Below are positions 1 to 7,865 of a stretch of 8,796 nucleotides of DNA, in pieces. Positions within the stretch are counted from its first letter, which is position 1, and each line of letters opens with the position of its first letter. The notes under the pieces are model-generated. The model was not told the origin of the DNA. It ran no database searches and worked only from the letters and a program-made list of their open reading frames with translations. A program made the translations under genes and the position numbers. Origin of the DNA: Candidatus Asgardarchaeum abyssi (GTDB lineage Archaea > Asgardarchaeota > Asgardarchaeia > Asgardarchaeales > Asgardarchaeaceae); assembly GCA_040225955.1 (NCBI GenBank), contig JBECUL010000078.1:1-8796 (forward strand), given 5' to 3'.

Positions 1-661
1 TAACATAGGCAACGGCATTATCTGTTATTAGGGTTACTGGGAATCCATCTTGCTTTAACTCCCATGCTGTTAATCTCGCACCCTGGAGATATGGACGAGT
101 TTCCGTTGCAATAAATTTAACGTTCTTACCTTGTTTTCTACATTCTCGTGCTATAAGAACGAGTATACCACTTATATTGCAATGTGTCAGTACTGTATCA
201 CCATCTTTAATCAATTGTGATGCATTTTGAGCTATTTTCATTATTCTTTCTTCATGCTTTTTTATGGTTGCCGCTACAATATGTTCAACAGCTTCTACAA
301 CATCCTTTCCTCCATTATAAGCTTCTAAAGCATATTTATAGATAGAATGTGATATTGCTTTTAGTGGAAATGTTGGACGAGCATTACCTAGGGCGTCAGC
401 AGCTTCTTTTAAAATTTTTAGTATCTCTTCCGGCTTCTTATTTTTATTCTTTCTAGCGGTTAGAAGCATCGCATATAATACCGTGTATAACTGTCCAGCT
501 GCTCTTGTTCTCATCTCCTTTATTGCACGAACTGCATCATGATAGCTTGATCCTTTAATATATTCTAATTTGAAAGGTAATTTTGTTTCATCAACAATGA
601 TTAAGGTATCATCTTCGATCCAAGCTGATTTAGAAAGGATAGGCCATTCTTCTTCCGTCAT
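1..661 (-). CDS. eIF-2B alpha/beta/delta family protein, methylthioribose-1-phosphate isomerase (MtnA)-like. Partial: the N-terminus is in the window and the C-terminus runs off the left edge.
   Basis: The reverse-complement translation from the ATG at 661-659 is open to position 1. It reads MTEEEWPILSKSAWIEDDTLIIVDETKLPFKLEYIKG...IKEMRTRAAGQ...VLTHCNISG...ATETRPYLQGARLTAWELKQDGFPVTLITDNAVAYV. The THCN and ETRPxLQGARLTAWEL...TLI(T)D motifs are hallmarks of this family. It is absent from the ORF track only because it is truncated. Confidence 0.7.
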   Translation of the reverse strand, partial: MTEEEWPILSKSAWIEDDTLIIVDETKLPFKLEYIKGSSYHDAVRAIKEMRTRAAGQLYTVLYAMLLTARKNKNKKPEEILKILKEAADALGNARPTFPLKAISHSIYKYALEAYNGGKDVVEAVEHIVAATIKKHEERIMKIAQNASQLIKDGDTVLTHCNISGILVLIARECRKQGKNVKFIATETRPYLQGARLTAWELKQDGFPVTLITDNAVAYV

Positions 662-824
662 AAAAATACCCCAACAACAATTAATTTTTGGACTAGTGAC
701 TTTATTATATCTAACTTTTGACTGTTAATTAATTTAGCTCTAATTATCTTAAGAAAAATAACATAAATTGGTAATAATTAGGAGCAAATTAAATAACAAA
801 TTTCAATATCAGTTAAAAACTAGC

Positions 825-855
825 AAAATAAAAATAAAAATAAAAATAAAAAGAG
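825..855 (-). terminator. Oligo-T tract array downstream of the ECF cluster (archaeal-type terminator candidate)
   Basis: The plus strand has (AAAATA)x4 at 825-848 followed by AAAAAG. On the minus strand this gives repeated T4-T5 runs starting about 20 nt after the S-component stop codon (874-876). Confidence 0.4.
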
Positions 856-873
856 AGATGGCGGGAGTTTATT

Positions 874-1719
874 TTACTCAATAAACTCGATTCTATCTTG
901 CCAGAAGAGACCCCATTGTTTAACTATTGGTTCTAATACGTATATCAAGATTCCTGAGATAAACGCTGTTACTATGGAATTGTTTACAATAACGAATGGG
1001 AAGAACCAGCCCCAGATGACCTCGAATGGAGTACCAGTTAAACCCAGTTGTAGCAAGATGTATGTTGTGAAGCTTATATACGCAGAGCACCATATGCTGT
1101 TAATTAATACGCCCCAGAGGTAGAACTCTGCCCATGATCTACCAGTTCTTAATGAGTGATCAGTCATAAACTTATATGGTATGTAAGCTAATAAGAAGTT
1201 GCCAACAAAACCTCCTAAGCTTCCAAGACCTAAGTAACCAGCAAGACTGTCAGCAATAAAGTTACCAATAGCGGTGCCCAAGGCTCCAGGGATTCCAAAC
1301 AAAACTCCGAATACTGGTGTTAGTGAGTTGGCAGGTCTAATCCAAGTGGCGCCAGGGATTATAACTAGACCTCCCGTAGCAGCTAGCCCTCCACCGTATA
1401 CAGCAGCAACTAGACCAGCAATCGCAACATCCATACTGTCCCATTTTATCCTTTGACGAATAATCTTAAACTTTGGGAATGTAAATGTATAACCAGCTAA
1501 CTCCATGAAGAAGAAAATTGTTCCAAGTATCCAGAGAATTGCACTTATTGGAAGAATAATTGCTATTATGCTAAGTATAAATGCTCCAAACGACCATCCG
1601 AAACCATGTGTTGCAAAGTCCCATGCTCCATATACTGCAAATGCTATAACAGCCACTGCAATGACAATAGCTATTATCTTTTCGCCCATCTTTTTCTGTT
1701 CTTCAACACTTTCACTCAT
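874..1719 (-). CDS. ECF transporter substrate-binding (S) component with an N-terminal extension of roughly 90 aa and 2-3 TM segments. Substrate unknown.
   Basis: The protein is polytopic and Gly/aromatic-rich. The core WIRPANSLTPVFGVLFGIPGALGTAIGNFIADSLAG resembles S-component (QueT/RibU-like) signatures. It is the last gene in a cluster with EcfT and two EcfA genes. The ORF-track start at 1740 is a GTG. The ATG at 1719 is preceded by GGAGGTG (1732-1726) at 6 nt spacing and lies just after the upstream stop codon, so 1719 is preferred. Confidence 0.7.
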   Translation of the reverse strand: MSESVEEQKKMGEKIIAIVIAVAVIAFAVYGAWDFATHGFGWSFGAFILSIIAIILPISAILWILGTIFFFMELAGYTFTFPKFKIIRQRIKWDSMDVAIAGLVAAVYGGGLAATGGLVIIPGATWIRPANSLTPVFGVLFGIPGALGTAIGNFIADSLAGYLGLGSLGGFVGNFLLAYIPYKFMTDHSLRTGRSWAEFYLWGVLINSIWCSAYISFTTYILLQLGLTGTPFEVIWGWFFPFVIVNNSIVTAFISGILIYVLEPIVKQWGLFWQDRIEFIE

Positions 1720-1720
1720 T

Positions 1721-2017
1721 TTATGCACCTCCAGCTCCACCCTTCATTTTAACAAAGTAAATAATGCCTACAATACCTACTATAAATAATATTGCACCAA
1801 TTATATTATTGGCATAGCCGCCAGCAGCACCCTGTAGTCCATAGACTCCTGCTGCAACGAGTGCAAAGTAGAAACCAAAAGTTATAAGCCAACCTATACC
1901 AACCACCAAGAGCAACATGCCGAAGTTCTTTTTCATACCGAATTTCAGTACGAGGCCGACTACGAGTATTATGATTCCTAAAACTAATAGAAACATCATA
2001 CTTGGGTCCAATTGCAA
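1721..2017 (-). CDS. Small (about 92-98 aa) 3-TM membrane protein with a Gly-rich tail, function unknown. Possible accessory subunit of the ECF module.
   Basis: The ORF encodes MQLDPSMMFLLVLGIIILVVGLVLKF...GAAGGYANNIIGAILFIVGIVGIIYFVKMKGGAGGA, with three clear hydrophobic helices. The start is either TTG at 2017 (GAGGAT 9 nt upstream) or ATG at 1999/1996. The stop codon abuts the Shine-Dalgarno and ATG of the S-component gene, which suggests translational coupling. Confidence 0.55.
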   Translation of the reverse strand: MQLDPSMMFLLVLGIIILVVGLVLKFGMKKNFGMLLLVVGIGWLITFGFYFALVAAGVYGLQGAAGGYANNIIGAILFIVGIVGIIYFVKMKGGAGGA

Positions 2018-2058
2018 GGTTCACACATCCTCTTAATTTTATTAATTATTCCAGGTAT

Positions 2059-2127
2059 AAGACCATTTAATAAAAAATGAAAAAATAGGAGATATTTATA
2101 AATTCCTAAAGAGACCATTTAAATAAA
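2059..2127. repeat. Direct repeat AGACCATTTA(A)ATAAA, two copies about 52 nt apart, in the intergenic region upstream of the small-protein/S-component pair
   Basis: The 10-mer agaccattta occurs at 2060-2069 and again at 2112-2121. Each copy is followed by a(a)taaa. On the minus strand each copy contains a TATA-like TTTATT(T)AAAT. Confidence 0.35.
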
Positions 2128-2173
2128 GAGAAATAATTTGAAAGAATAAAAATAAAGTTAATTAAGAAAATAT

Positions 2174-3025
2174 TTATTTATCCTTTGTAATTATTTGGTT
2201 GCAAACATAATGACTTAATTCATCAGATTTTATAATATCTCTAGGTACACCGATATCACTTAGCTTTTGAGCTAAGAGAGTTATTTGAGGCGGTATTAAA
2301 TTACTTTGAATAAGTAAATCTGGCTGAGAGAGAATCTCTCGTGTTTTTCCATCAGCAAGTACTTTTCCATCCTTAAGAATTATGATTCGGTCAACATACT
2401 CAGCAAGAAGAGCAATGTCATGTGAAATGACGATTACTGTTTTTTCTAATTCCTTATTCAATTTTGTGATAGTACGCATAAGTTGATGACAGCGTTTATA
2501 ATCCAAACCAGTCGTTGGTTCATCTAAAATTAATACTTCAGGGTTTAATACAAGCACATCAGCTATTGCTACTCGATGTCTTTGACCAAGGCTAAGAAAA
2601 TGAGGAGATTTCGTTAAAGGAACATCACTCATATCTAAGTCAGCTAATACCTTTTTAACACGTTCTTCCCATTCTTCTTTGGGGACACCTTTATTTTTTA
2701 ATCCGAAGGATACTTCTTCGAATATTGTCTTGCCAAAAAGCATATGATCCGGATTTTGGAATACATAGCCAACATAATTAGAAAGTTCAGCAACACTTGC
2801 TTTAGTTGTATCAAGCCCAAAAACATACACCTTTCCTTTTGTGGGTTTTAGTAATCCATTTAAATGCTTTGCAAGAGTTGTTTTCCCTGATCCATTTTGA
2901 CCTAAAAGACCTATATATTCACCTTTTCGTATTTCGAGGGATATTCCTCTAAGAGCTTGTATATTGCCTTTATATGTAAACCAAACATCTTCAACCTTAA
3001 TTATTGGTTCACCCTTCTCGTTCAT
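2174..3025 (-). CDS. ecfA: ECF transporter ATPase component (EcfA/CbiO family), second ATPase gene of the cluster
   Basis: ABC ATPase motifs are present: Walker A GQNGSGKTT, signature LSLGQRHR, Walker B LILDEPTTGLD and H-loop SHD. The track start at 3034 is a GTG. The ATG at 3025 has GGGGTGG 5 nt upstream. It overlaps the upstream ATPase gene by 17 nt. Confidence 0.9.
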   Translation of the reverse strand: MNEKGEPIIKVEDVWFTYKGNIQALRGISLEIRKGEYIGLLGQNGSGKTTLAKHLNGLLKPTKGKVYVFGLDTTKASVAELSNYVGYVFQNPDHMLFGKTIFEEVSFGLKNKGVPKEEWEERVKKVLADLDMSDVPLTKSPHFLSLGQRHRVAIADVLVLNPEVLILDEPTTGLDYKRCHQLMRTITKLNKELEKTVIVISHDIALLAEYVDRIIILKDGKVLADGKTREILSQPDLLIQSNLIPPQITLLAQKLSDIGVPRDIIKSDELSHYVCNQIITKDK

Positions 3026-3896
3026 CCTTGCCACCCCGTTTATATTTATTAATCAGCTGCCTATACCATTTTTCAGCTTCTGTTAAGGTTACTGGGTAAG
3101 GCTTGGGAGCATTTAAACGACACATATCTTCTATGTAGTACGCAGCTTCAGTCACTTGTGGCGGACGGAACCCAATTTTCATAACAACCTCTTTCTTATT
3201 AAATACTTCTTCCGGTTTACCCTCCAGTACAATTTCACCTTTGTTCATTATAACTATTCTGTCAGCATGTTCAGCTGCCCACTCAACCCGATGGTCTACG
3301 GCAATTATTGTCATATTCAGTTCTCTATTTAACCTGGCAATAATGTCAGAGACTATCTTCTGTCCTACAGGATCCAGCATTGATGTAGGTTCATCTAGTA
3401 CGAGAACCTTTGGTTTTAGAGCAAGTACGGCAGCTATAGCCAATGCTTGCTTTTGTCCACCACTTAAAGCATATGGATTTCTATATCTTAAATCTGTCAT
3501 TCCAAGGAACTCGAGAATTTCATCCACACGCCGCTTTATTTCTTCGCGTGGCAAAGCAAAATTCTCAGGAGCGAATGCTATTTCGTCTTCAACAGTTAGA
3601 GAGGTTATTTGCGTCTCAGGATTTTGAAATACCATCCCAACAATAGTTGACATTTCTGCGATTGTATATTTTGATACATCACGACTATCTACAATTACAG
3701 TACCCTTCATCTCTCCATGAAAAAGTTTAGGAACAATTCCATTTAACGTGTAGCAGAGTGTTGACTTACCACAACCACTTGGGCCCATTATTATGATAAA
3801 TTCACCTTCCTTTACATCTAGATTTATATCCTTAAGAACCCATTCTTCAAGTCCTCGATATTTGTACCAGAGATTTTCTATTTCAACAATGCCCAT
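3009..3896 (-). CDS. ecfA: ECF transporter ATPase component (EcfA/CbiO family), first ATPase gene of the cluster
   Basis: ABC ATPase motifs are present: Walker A GPSGCGKST, Q-loop FQNPETQ, signature LSGGQKQ, Walker B LVLDEPTSMLD and H-loop VDHR. The track start at 3923 is a TTG. The ATG at 3896 has GGTGA 5 nt upstream. Confidence 0.9.
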   Translation of the reverse strand: MGIVEIENLWYKYRGLEEWVLKDINLDVKEGEFIIIMGPSGCGKSTLCYTLNGIVPKLFHGEMKGTVIVDSRDVSKYTIAEMSTIVGMVFQNPETQITSLTVEDEIAFAPENFALPREEIKRRVDEILEFLGMTDLRYRNPYALSGGQKQALAIAAVLALKPKVLVLDEPTSMLDPVGQKIVSDIIARLNRELNMTIIAVDHRVEWAAEHADRIVIMNKGEIVLEGKPEEVFNKKEVVMKIGFRPPQVTEAAYYIEDMCRLNAPKPYPVTLTEAEKWYRQLINKYKRGGKDEREG

Positions 3897-3953
3897 ATTA
3901 TTCACCAAATGATATTTTATCAATCTTATTTGTGGAGTATGAGTAACTTAGAT

Positions 3954-4916
3954 TCACCACAAATGCAAACCTATAAGATCAAATAGATAATTGATGAACT
4001 CAGTTAAGTACGGTACGTATGGCCAATAAGGAATTATTGGTGGAAGAAGACCCTCACGTATTGGTACAGGATAAGCACCGATTCCATATATGACTCTTAA
4101 ATATATTATAATTCCGAACCATATAGTCCAAAGAGCCACCCATAGCCAATCTCGTAAAGAGAACTTTAGTTCATAAAGAAAAGTTCTTTTCTTTAGTGCT
4201 CCAAAACCTCTACTTTCCATGCTCATACCTAGCTGTACAGACATTTTAATCATTCGTATGAGCATTGGAACAAATATAGGGACATAATTTTTAAGCTTAT
4301 TTATCAAATTCCCTTTTTGCAACTCTAAGCCACGACTCATCTGAGCTTCTGTTATTTCGGTTATTTCTTTTGTTATTACTGGTATGAACCTAAGGCCTAA
4401 CATGAATATGTATCCAAACTTATATGGTAACTTAAGACGCATCACTCCTTGAGCGAAGTCTCGAGGTTTTGTTGTAGTAAATAGAATGAACATTACAATG
4501 ATTGGATTTACTATCAAGAAGAAGCGACTAATAGCTACCATCAGACCGATTTCAGTAAATGTCCATCCAAAAAATGGTACTTCCAAAATAATACGACCTA
4601 CTTTATACTGGGGATATTGAGGCCAAACTATGATATTTGCTACGAGGATAATCCAGGTATAGTTAAATAAAAGCACATACATCTTAAGAGACATACGAGC
4701 TACCAGTACTAATATAAACAGAATGAAGAATATGAGGCCCGTAAGCCGAATCTCTTCCCTCATTATAGCTGATGTAAGCAGAATGACGACAAAGAGATAG
4801 AATTTTGACCTAGGATCCAATCTATGAAGAATTGTATTTCGAGGGACATAAAGTCCTAAAGCGCCCCCTTGACTAAATTCTTGTTCCTCATTGCTATTTT
4901 TTTTCTCTTTAGGCAT
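3954..4916 (-). CDS. ecfT: ECF transporter transmembrane (T) component, EcfT/CbiQ family
   Basis: It is a polytopic membrane protein with the N-terminal HRLDPRSK motif and the paired coupling-helix region (...MSRGLEL... / ...MESRGFGA...) typical of EcfT/CbiQ. It sits immediately upstream of the two EcfA genes. ATG candidates are at 4931 and 4916, and 4916 has GAGGT 8 nt upstream. The Pro/Tyr/Trp-rich C-terminal tail looks longer than I expect for the family. Confidence 0.85.
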   Translation of the reverse strand: MPKEKKNSNEEQEFSQGGALGLYVPRNTILHRLDPRSKFYLFVVILLTSAIMREEIRLTGLIFFILFILVLVARMSLKMYVLLFNYTWIILVANIIVWPQYPQYKVGRIILEVPFFGWTFTEIGLMVAISRFFLIVNPIIVMFILFTTTKPRDFAQGVMRLKLPYKFGYIFMLGLRFIPVITKEITEITEAQMSRGLELQKGNLINKLKNYVPIFVPMLIRMIKMSVQLGMSMESRGFGALKKRTFLYELKFSLRDWLWVALWTIWFGIIIYLRVIYGIGAYPVPIREGLLPPIIPYWPYVPYLTEFINYLFDLIGLHLW

Positions 4917-4965
4917 ATTACATAACCTCATTCATATCATCAGATAGTTCAACATAATGTTTTAG

Positions 4966-4992
4966 CTAAATTTTTTATATAAAATAATTTAG
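4966..4992. promoter_or_regulatory. Near-palindromic AT-rich TATA-like element between the divergent ECF cluster and the GGGPS gene
   Basis: The sequence ctaaattttttatataaaataatttag reads as TTTATATA-like on both strands. It lies about 50-60 nt upstream of the ecfT start. It is assigned as a promoter by position only. Confidence 0.3.
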
Positions 4993-5146
4993 TGAATGAG
5001 TTATGTTATACCAACTTTCTTTAAGGATTTCAATTCTAGTATATAAAAGTGTTTCATAAACGAGTTTTTATTTTTTAAAATTAAAGTTTACAAAAAAGAT
5101 TTAAACTAGAAATAGGAAATGTGAATGTTAACTGGCTGGTGGTTTA

Positions 5147-5932
5147 ATGGATTTTAAAGGGAAGGTAATGAGATACATTGAAGAAAGATTAAGTGAAGAT
5201 GGCGCTTTACATTTCACTCTAATTGATCCCGATCCGCTTAAGATGAATGTAGAATCATCTGCAAAACTTGCAAGAATCGCAGCAGATTGCGGCACAGCTG
5301 CTATAATGGTAGGTGGATCAACAGCATTTGGAATAATAGATGATGTTGTTAAAGCGATTAAGGAACATGTTCCGGAGATACCTGTTATCTTGTTTCCTGG
5401 GAATGTTAATGGCATAACTAGATTCTCTGACGCTGTTTTTTTCATGAGTCTGATAAACTCTAGTGATACATATTGGATTATTGAAGCGCAGATGCTGGCA
5501 GCATTTAATATAAAAATGTGCAGAATAGAACCAATTTCATTAGCATACATAATTGTTGAACCAGGAGGTACAGCAGGATATATAGGTCATGCCAGAGTAA
5601 TACCTAGGAACAAACCTAAAATTGCTGCTGCGTTTGCCTTAGCAGCAGAATACATTGGCTATAAAATGATATACTTGGAAGCTGGTTCTGGTGCAGAAAG
5701 CCCAATCCCGCCATATTTTGTAAGAACTGTTAGAGAGGCTATTACAAGACCTTTAATTGTAGGTGGAGGAATAAGGAAGATTGAACAAGCAATCGAGATT
5801 GTAAAAAGCGGTGCAGATATAATTGTACAAGGAACTTTCATTGAAAGAGAAAAAGAAAAGAGTATTAGAAAGTTGAAAAAAATTATAGAAGGCATAAAAA
5901 ACGCTGCTCATGAAAGAAAAATTAAAAAATAA
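5147..5932 (+). CDS. Geranylgeranylglyceryl phosphate synthase (GGGPS, PcrB family), which makes the first ether bond of archaeal lipids
   Basis: Family motifs are present: HFTLIDPD, MVGGST, ILFPGN, FFMSLINS..YWII, VEPGGTAGYIG, PRNKPKIAAAFALAAEY, YLEAGSGA and IVGGGIR. GGTGG lies 4 nt upstream of the ATG at 5147. Confidence 0.92.
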   Translation: MDFKGKVMRYIEERLSEDGALHFTLIDPDPLKMNVESSAKLARIAADCGTAAIMVGGSTAFGIIDDVVKAIKEHVPEIPVILFPGNVNGITRFSDAVFFMSLINSSDTYWIIEAQMLAAFNIKMCRIEPISLAYIIVEPGGTAGYIGHARVIPRNKPKIAAAFALAAEYIGYKMIYLEAGSGAESPIPPYFVRTVREAITRPLIVGGGIRKIEQAIEIVKSGADIIVQGTFIEREKEKSIRKLKKIIEGIKNAAHERKIKK

Positions 5933-7640
5933 AATCAATAGAGGCTATCCAAAGTACATGCAAGGCTATTATAAGGCCTTCGCCAGCTACGACACCACCT
6001 AATATTTGTTTATATTTATTTATTATTTCTTCAGTGCGGTTTTGAACATATTTTGAAATCAAACCACCTAATAGTAAAGGTATCGAATACGCAGGTGGAA
6101 TCAGTAGACCAACCGCAAGTGTTATAGGAGATATATTTCTTTTATGAAGAGCTATTGAGGCAGCTATCCCTAATGATAAGAATCCTATAAGATATGGTAT
6201 ACCAAACTCATCAGCAAATGGTAATGAGAATGTCGTCAGTTTCATGAGACTTAAAACTGTGAATCCCATAAGCTGAGCTGTAGGAGCCGGAAACTCATGA
6301 GTACCAAAGCCAAAAGGGGGTTTAGAGAAAATGTATATTAGCCATGTTCCAATTATTGTGCCAAAGATGGTACCCGTTATTGCTGATTTTCGTATTGTTT
6401 CATCATGAACTTTTAATCTTCGTCCTAAAACATATCGGCCAAGCAAAGTTACTGCTGCGCTTTGAACAGCAGCCATTAACGTCATAAAGAGAATAACACT
6501 AGGGAAATTTATTGAGAAAAAGAGTATAGCTGGTACAGCTAATGCGTCTGTAATAAAACCAACAACCATACCTGTTTCGCTTGCAGCACGTGCTACAAAA
6601 AAGGCAGAAATAAGAACTAAAGGGAGGCCTATTAGTAACAGAAGAGGGGGGATCGTTATCGGAAAGAAAAAGCCTGAAATTGAGAATAAGAATACACTAA
6701 TTACGTAGAAAAGTATTAAGGACAACAGAGAGCATTTCCATTGCTTAAGAAATAAAAACAAATTTTCCTTCGAAAAGAAGACCTCTACTGCCTCTCGCTC
6801 CTCCTCTTCTAAACTTACTGTTTTTGATTCCTTATACGCAGACCAGGCATCTAAAGCTATCGTAGTGCCAACAATTCCTATTGCTGTATAAAATATTTCT
6901 GGACGGGTTACATGTTCGCCAAAAAGTATGTGAGGATCTCGCTCAAGTAAAAACCAAACAAGCATAGAAAAAAGAGAACCTATGAAAATCAGAAGTGTTC
7001 TTCTAAAACCAGCAAAAAACCCTATTCCAACCAACATAGGGCTATTGCTAATACCAATATAAGGCGGAACCTCCGTGACCCCAACACCATGAGGTATTGT
7101 TCGCAAATCATATTTAGTCATTTGTGATAGCCCAATAATGGTACCCATGTACGCACCCGCGCCGAGCAAGCCAATCATCATATTTCTTTTAGTTTGGACG
7201 TTTCCCTCTGAAAGAGAAATTATATTTTGAACTTGAGCTTCTATTTGTGGCCAAGGTTCGTCCATGAATGCCTCCTTAGCAGGTTCCAACAGAAAAAGAC
7301 CTGTAAAGCCAGTAAGCGCTATCATGGTAAAAATTAGAGGCATTGTTATTTCAACTTCGGGAATCCTTGCTAAGTGAGAGAACATAGAAATTGCAGGAAA
7401 AGCTACTAGGACACCAATATTCACAAGAACGGATGCCGTTGTTATTGTAATAACAATAACATTATCTTTAGGATCATACTTTCCAAATAAACTCAAAAGT
7501 ATAAAACCCAGTATCTCCATTCCAGTAACGACAACAAATCCTACTTTTAGTTCTATATATATTTGCAAGAAAGTATAAAGGAAGGCTAAGAAAAAACCTA
7601 CTAGTAAAGTATGTAAATTAAGTACATCTCTCTTAGCCAT
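5922..7640 (-). CDS. OPT (oligopeptide transporter) superfamily membrane transporter
   Basis: The protein is about 572 aa and highly polytopic, with an OPT-like N-terminus (LLVGFFLAFLYTFLQIYIELKVGF) and one acidic loop (SLEEEEREAVE). The track start at 7652 is a GTG. The ATG four codons in (about 7640) is preceded by GGTG. Its 3' end overlaps the GGGPS 3' end by 11 nt in convergent orientation. Confidence 0.75.
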   Translation of the reverse strand: MAKRDVLNLHTLLVGFFLAFLYTFLQIYIELKVGFVVVTGMEILGFILLSLFGKYDPKDNVIVITITTASVLVNIGVLVAFPAISMFSHLARIPEVEITMPLIFTMIALTGFTGLFLLEPAKEAFMDEPWPQIEAQVQNIISLSEGNVQTKRNMMIGLLGAGAYMGTIIGLSQMTKYDLRTIPHGVGVTEVPPYIGISNSPMLVGIGFFAGFRRTLLIFIGSLFSMLVWFLLERDPHILFGEHVTRPEIFYTAIGIVGTTIALDAWSAYKESKTVSLEEEEREAVEVFFSKENLFLFLKQWKCSLLSLILFYVISVFLFSISGFFFPITIPPLLLLIGLPLVLISAFFVARAASETGMVVGFITDALAVPAILFFSINFPSVILFMTLMAAVQSAAVTLLGRYVLGRRLKVHDETIRKSAITGTIFGTIIGTWLIYIFSKPPFGFGTHEFPAPTAQLMGFTVLSLMKLTTFSLPFADEFGIPYLIGFLSLGIAASIALHKRNISPITLAVGLLIPPAYSIPLLLGGLISKYVQNRTEEIINKYKQILGGVVAGEGLIIALHVLWIASIDFIF

Positions 7641-7865
7641 ATTATGCACCACTTGACGTTCATTAATATCAATTTAAGTGGTAAGGCACAGATGAAAACA
7701 AAGCAATAATAGTAACAAAACTATTTACTTTTTCATCTTTATTTTTTTCGATACCTACGATCAAAATTCTTTTGTACATTTCAATAGTTAATTGAGTCAA
7801 TAAATAAAATTATTAGTATGGAATTATTAAACAATAATATAAGTCTATTCTTAGGCGGTGGTTGT

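Noticed and set aside
825-848. (AAAATA)x4 hexanucleotide tandem repeat, considered as a microsatellite or a CRISPR-like or regulatory array
   Set aside because: It is too short and has no spacers, so it is not CRISPR. On the transcribed strand it is simply a run of oligo-T tracts right after a stop codon, so a terminator is the simplest reading and it is listed as a feature.
1720-1740. GTG-initiated N-terminal extension (MELEVHK) of the S component, overlapping the upstream gene by 20 nt
   Set aside because: The downstream ATG at 1719 has a perfect GGAGGTG at optimal spacing, and that motif lies inside the proposed extension. The extension is therefore most likely untranslated.
1274-1789. 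Track ORFs 1274-1456(+) and 1505-1789(+), antisense to the S-component gene
   Set aside because: They lie entirely inside a well-supported minus-strand membrane-protein gene. They have low-complexity Pro/Ala/Ile-rich translations typical of shadow frames. They have no Shine-Dalgarno motif or promoter context.
1806-2024. Track ORF 1806-2024(-), 72 aa, out of frame and overlapping the small membrane-protein gene
   Set aside because: It is the alternative frame of the same strand. Its translation is Arg/Cys/Trp-rich with no domain-like features, whereas the competing frame gives three clean TM helices and is translationally coupled to the next gene.
3241-3646. Track ORFs 3241-3627(+) and 3443-3646(+), antisense to the first EcfA gene
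   Set aside because: The minus-strand frame carries every ABC ATPase motif. These are shadow ORFs with Ser-rich, low-complexity translations.
4932-5000. CTGATGA (C-box-like) and the AT-rich leader upstream of ecfT, considered as a riboswitch or sRNA
   Set aside because: The leader is too short and too AT-rich to hold a known vitamin riboswitch fold. There is no matching D box or guide complementarity. The match is a single heptamer.
5128-5938. Track ORFs 5128-5550(-), 5659-5895(-) and 5753-5938(-), antisense to GGGPS
   Set aside because: The plus-strand frame is an unambiguous GGGP synthase. The antisense frames are Ile/Ser/Phe-rich shadows expected in AT-rich DNA.
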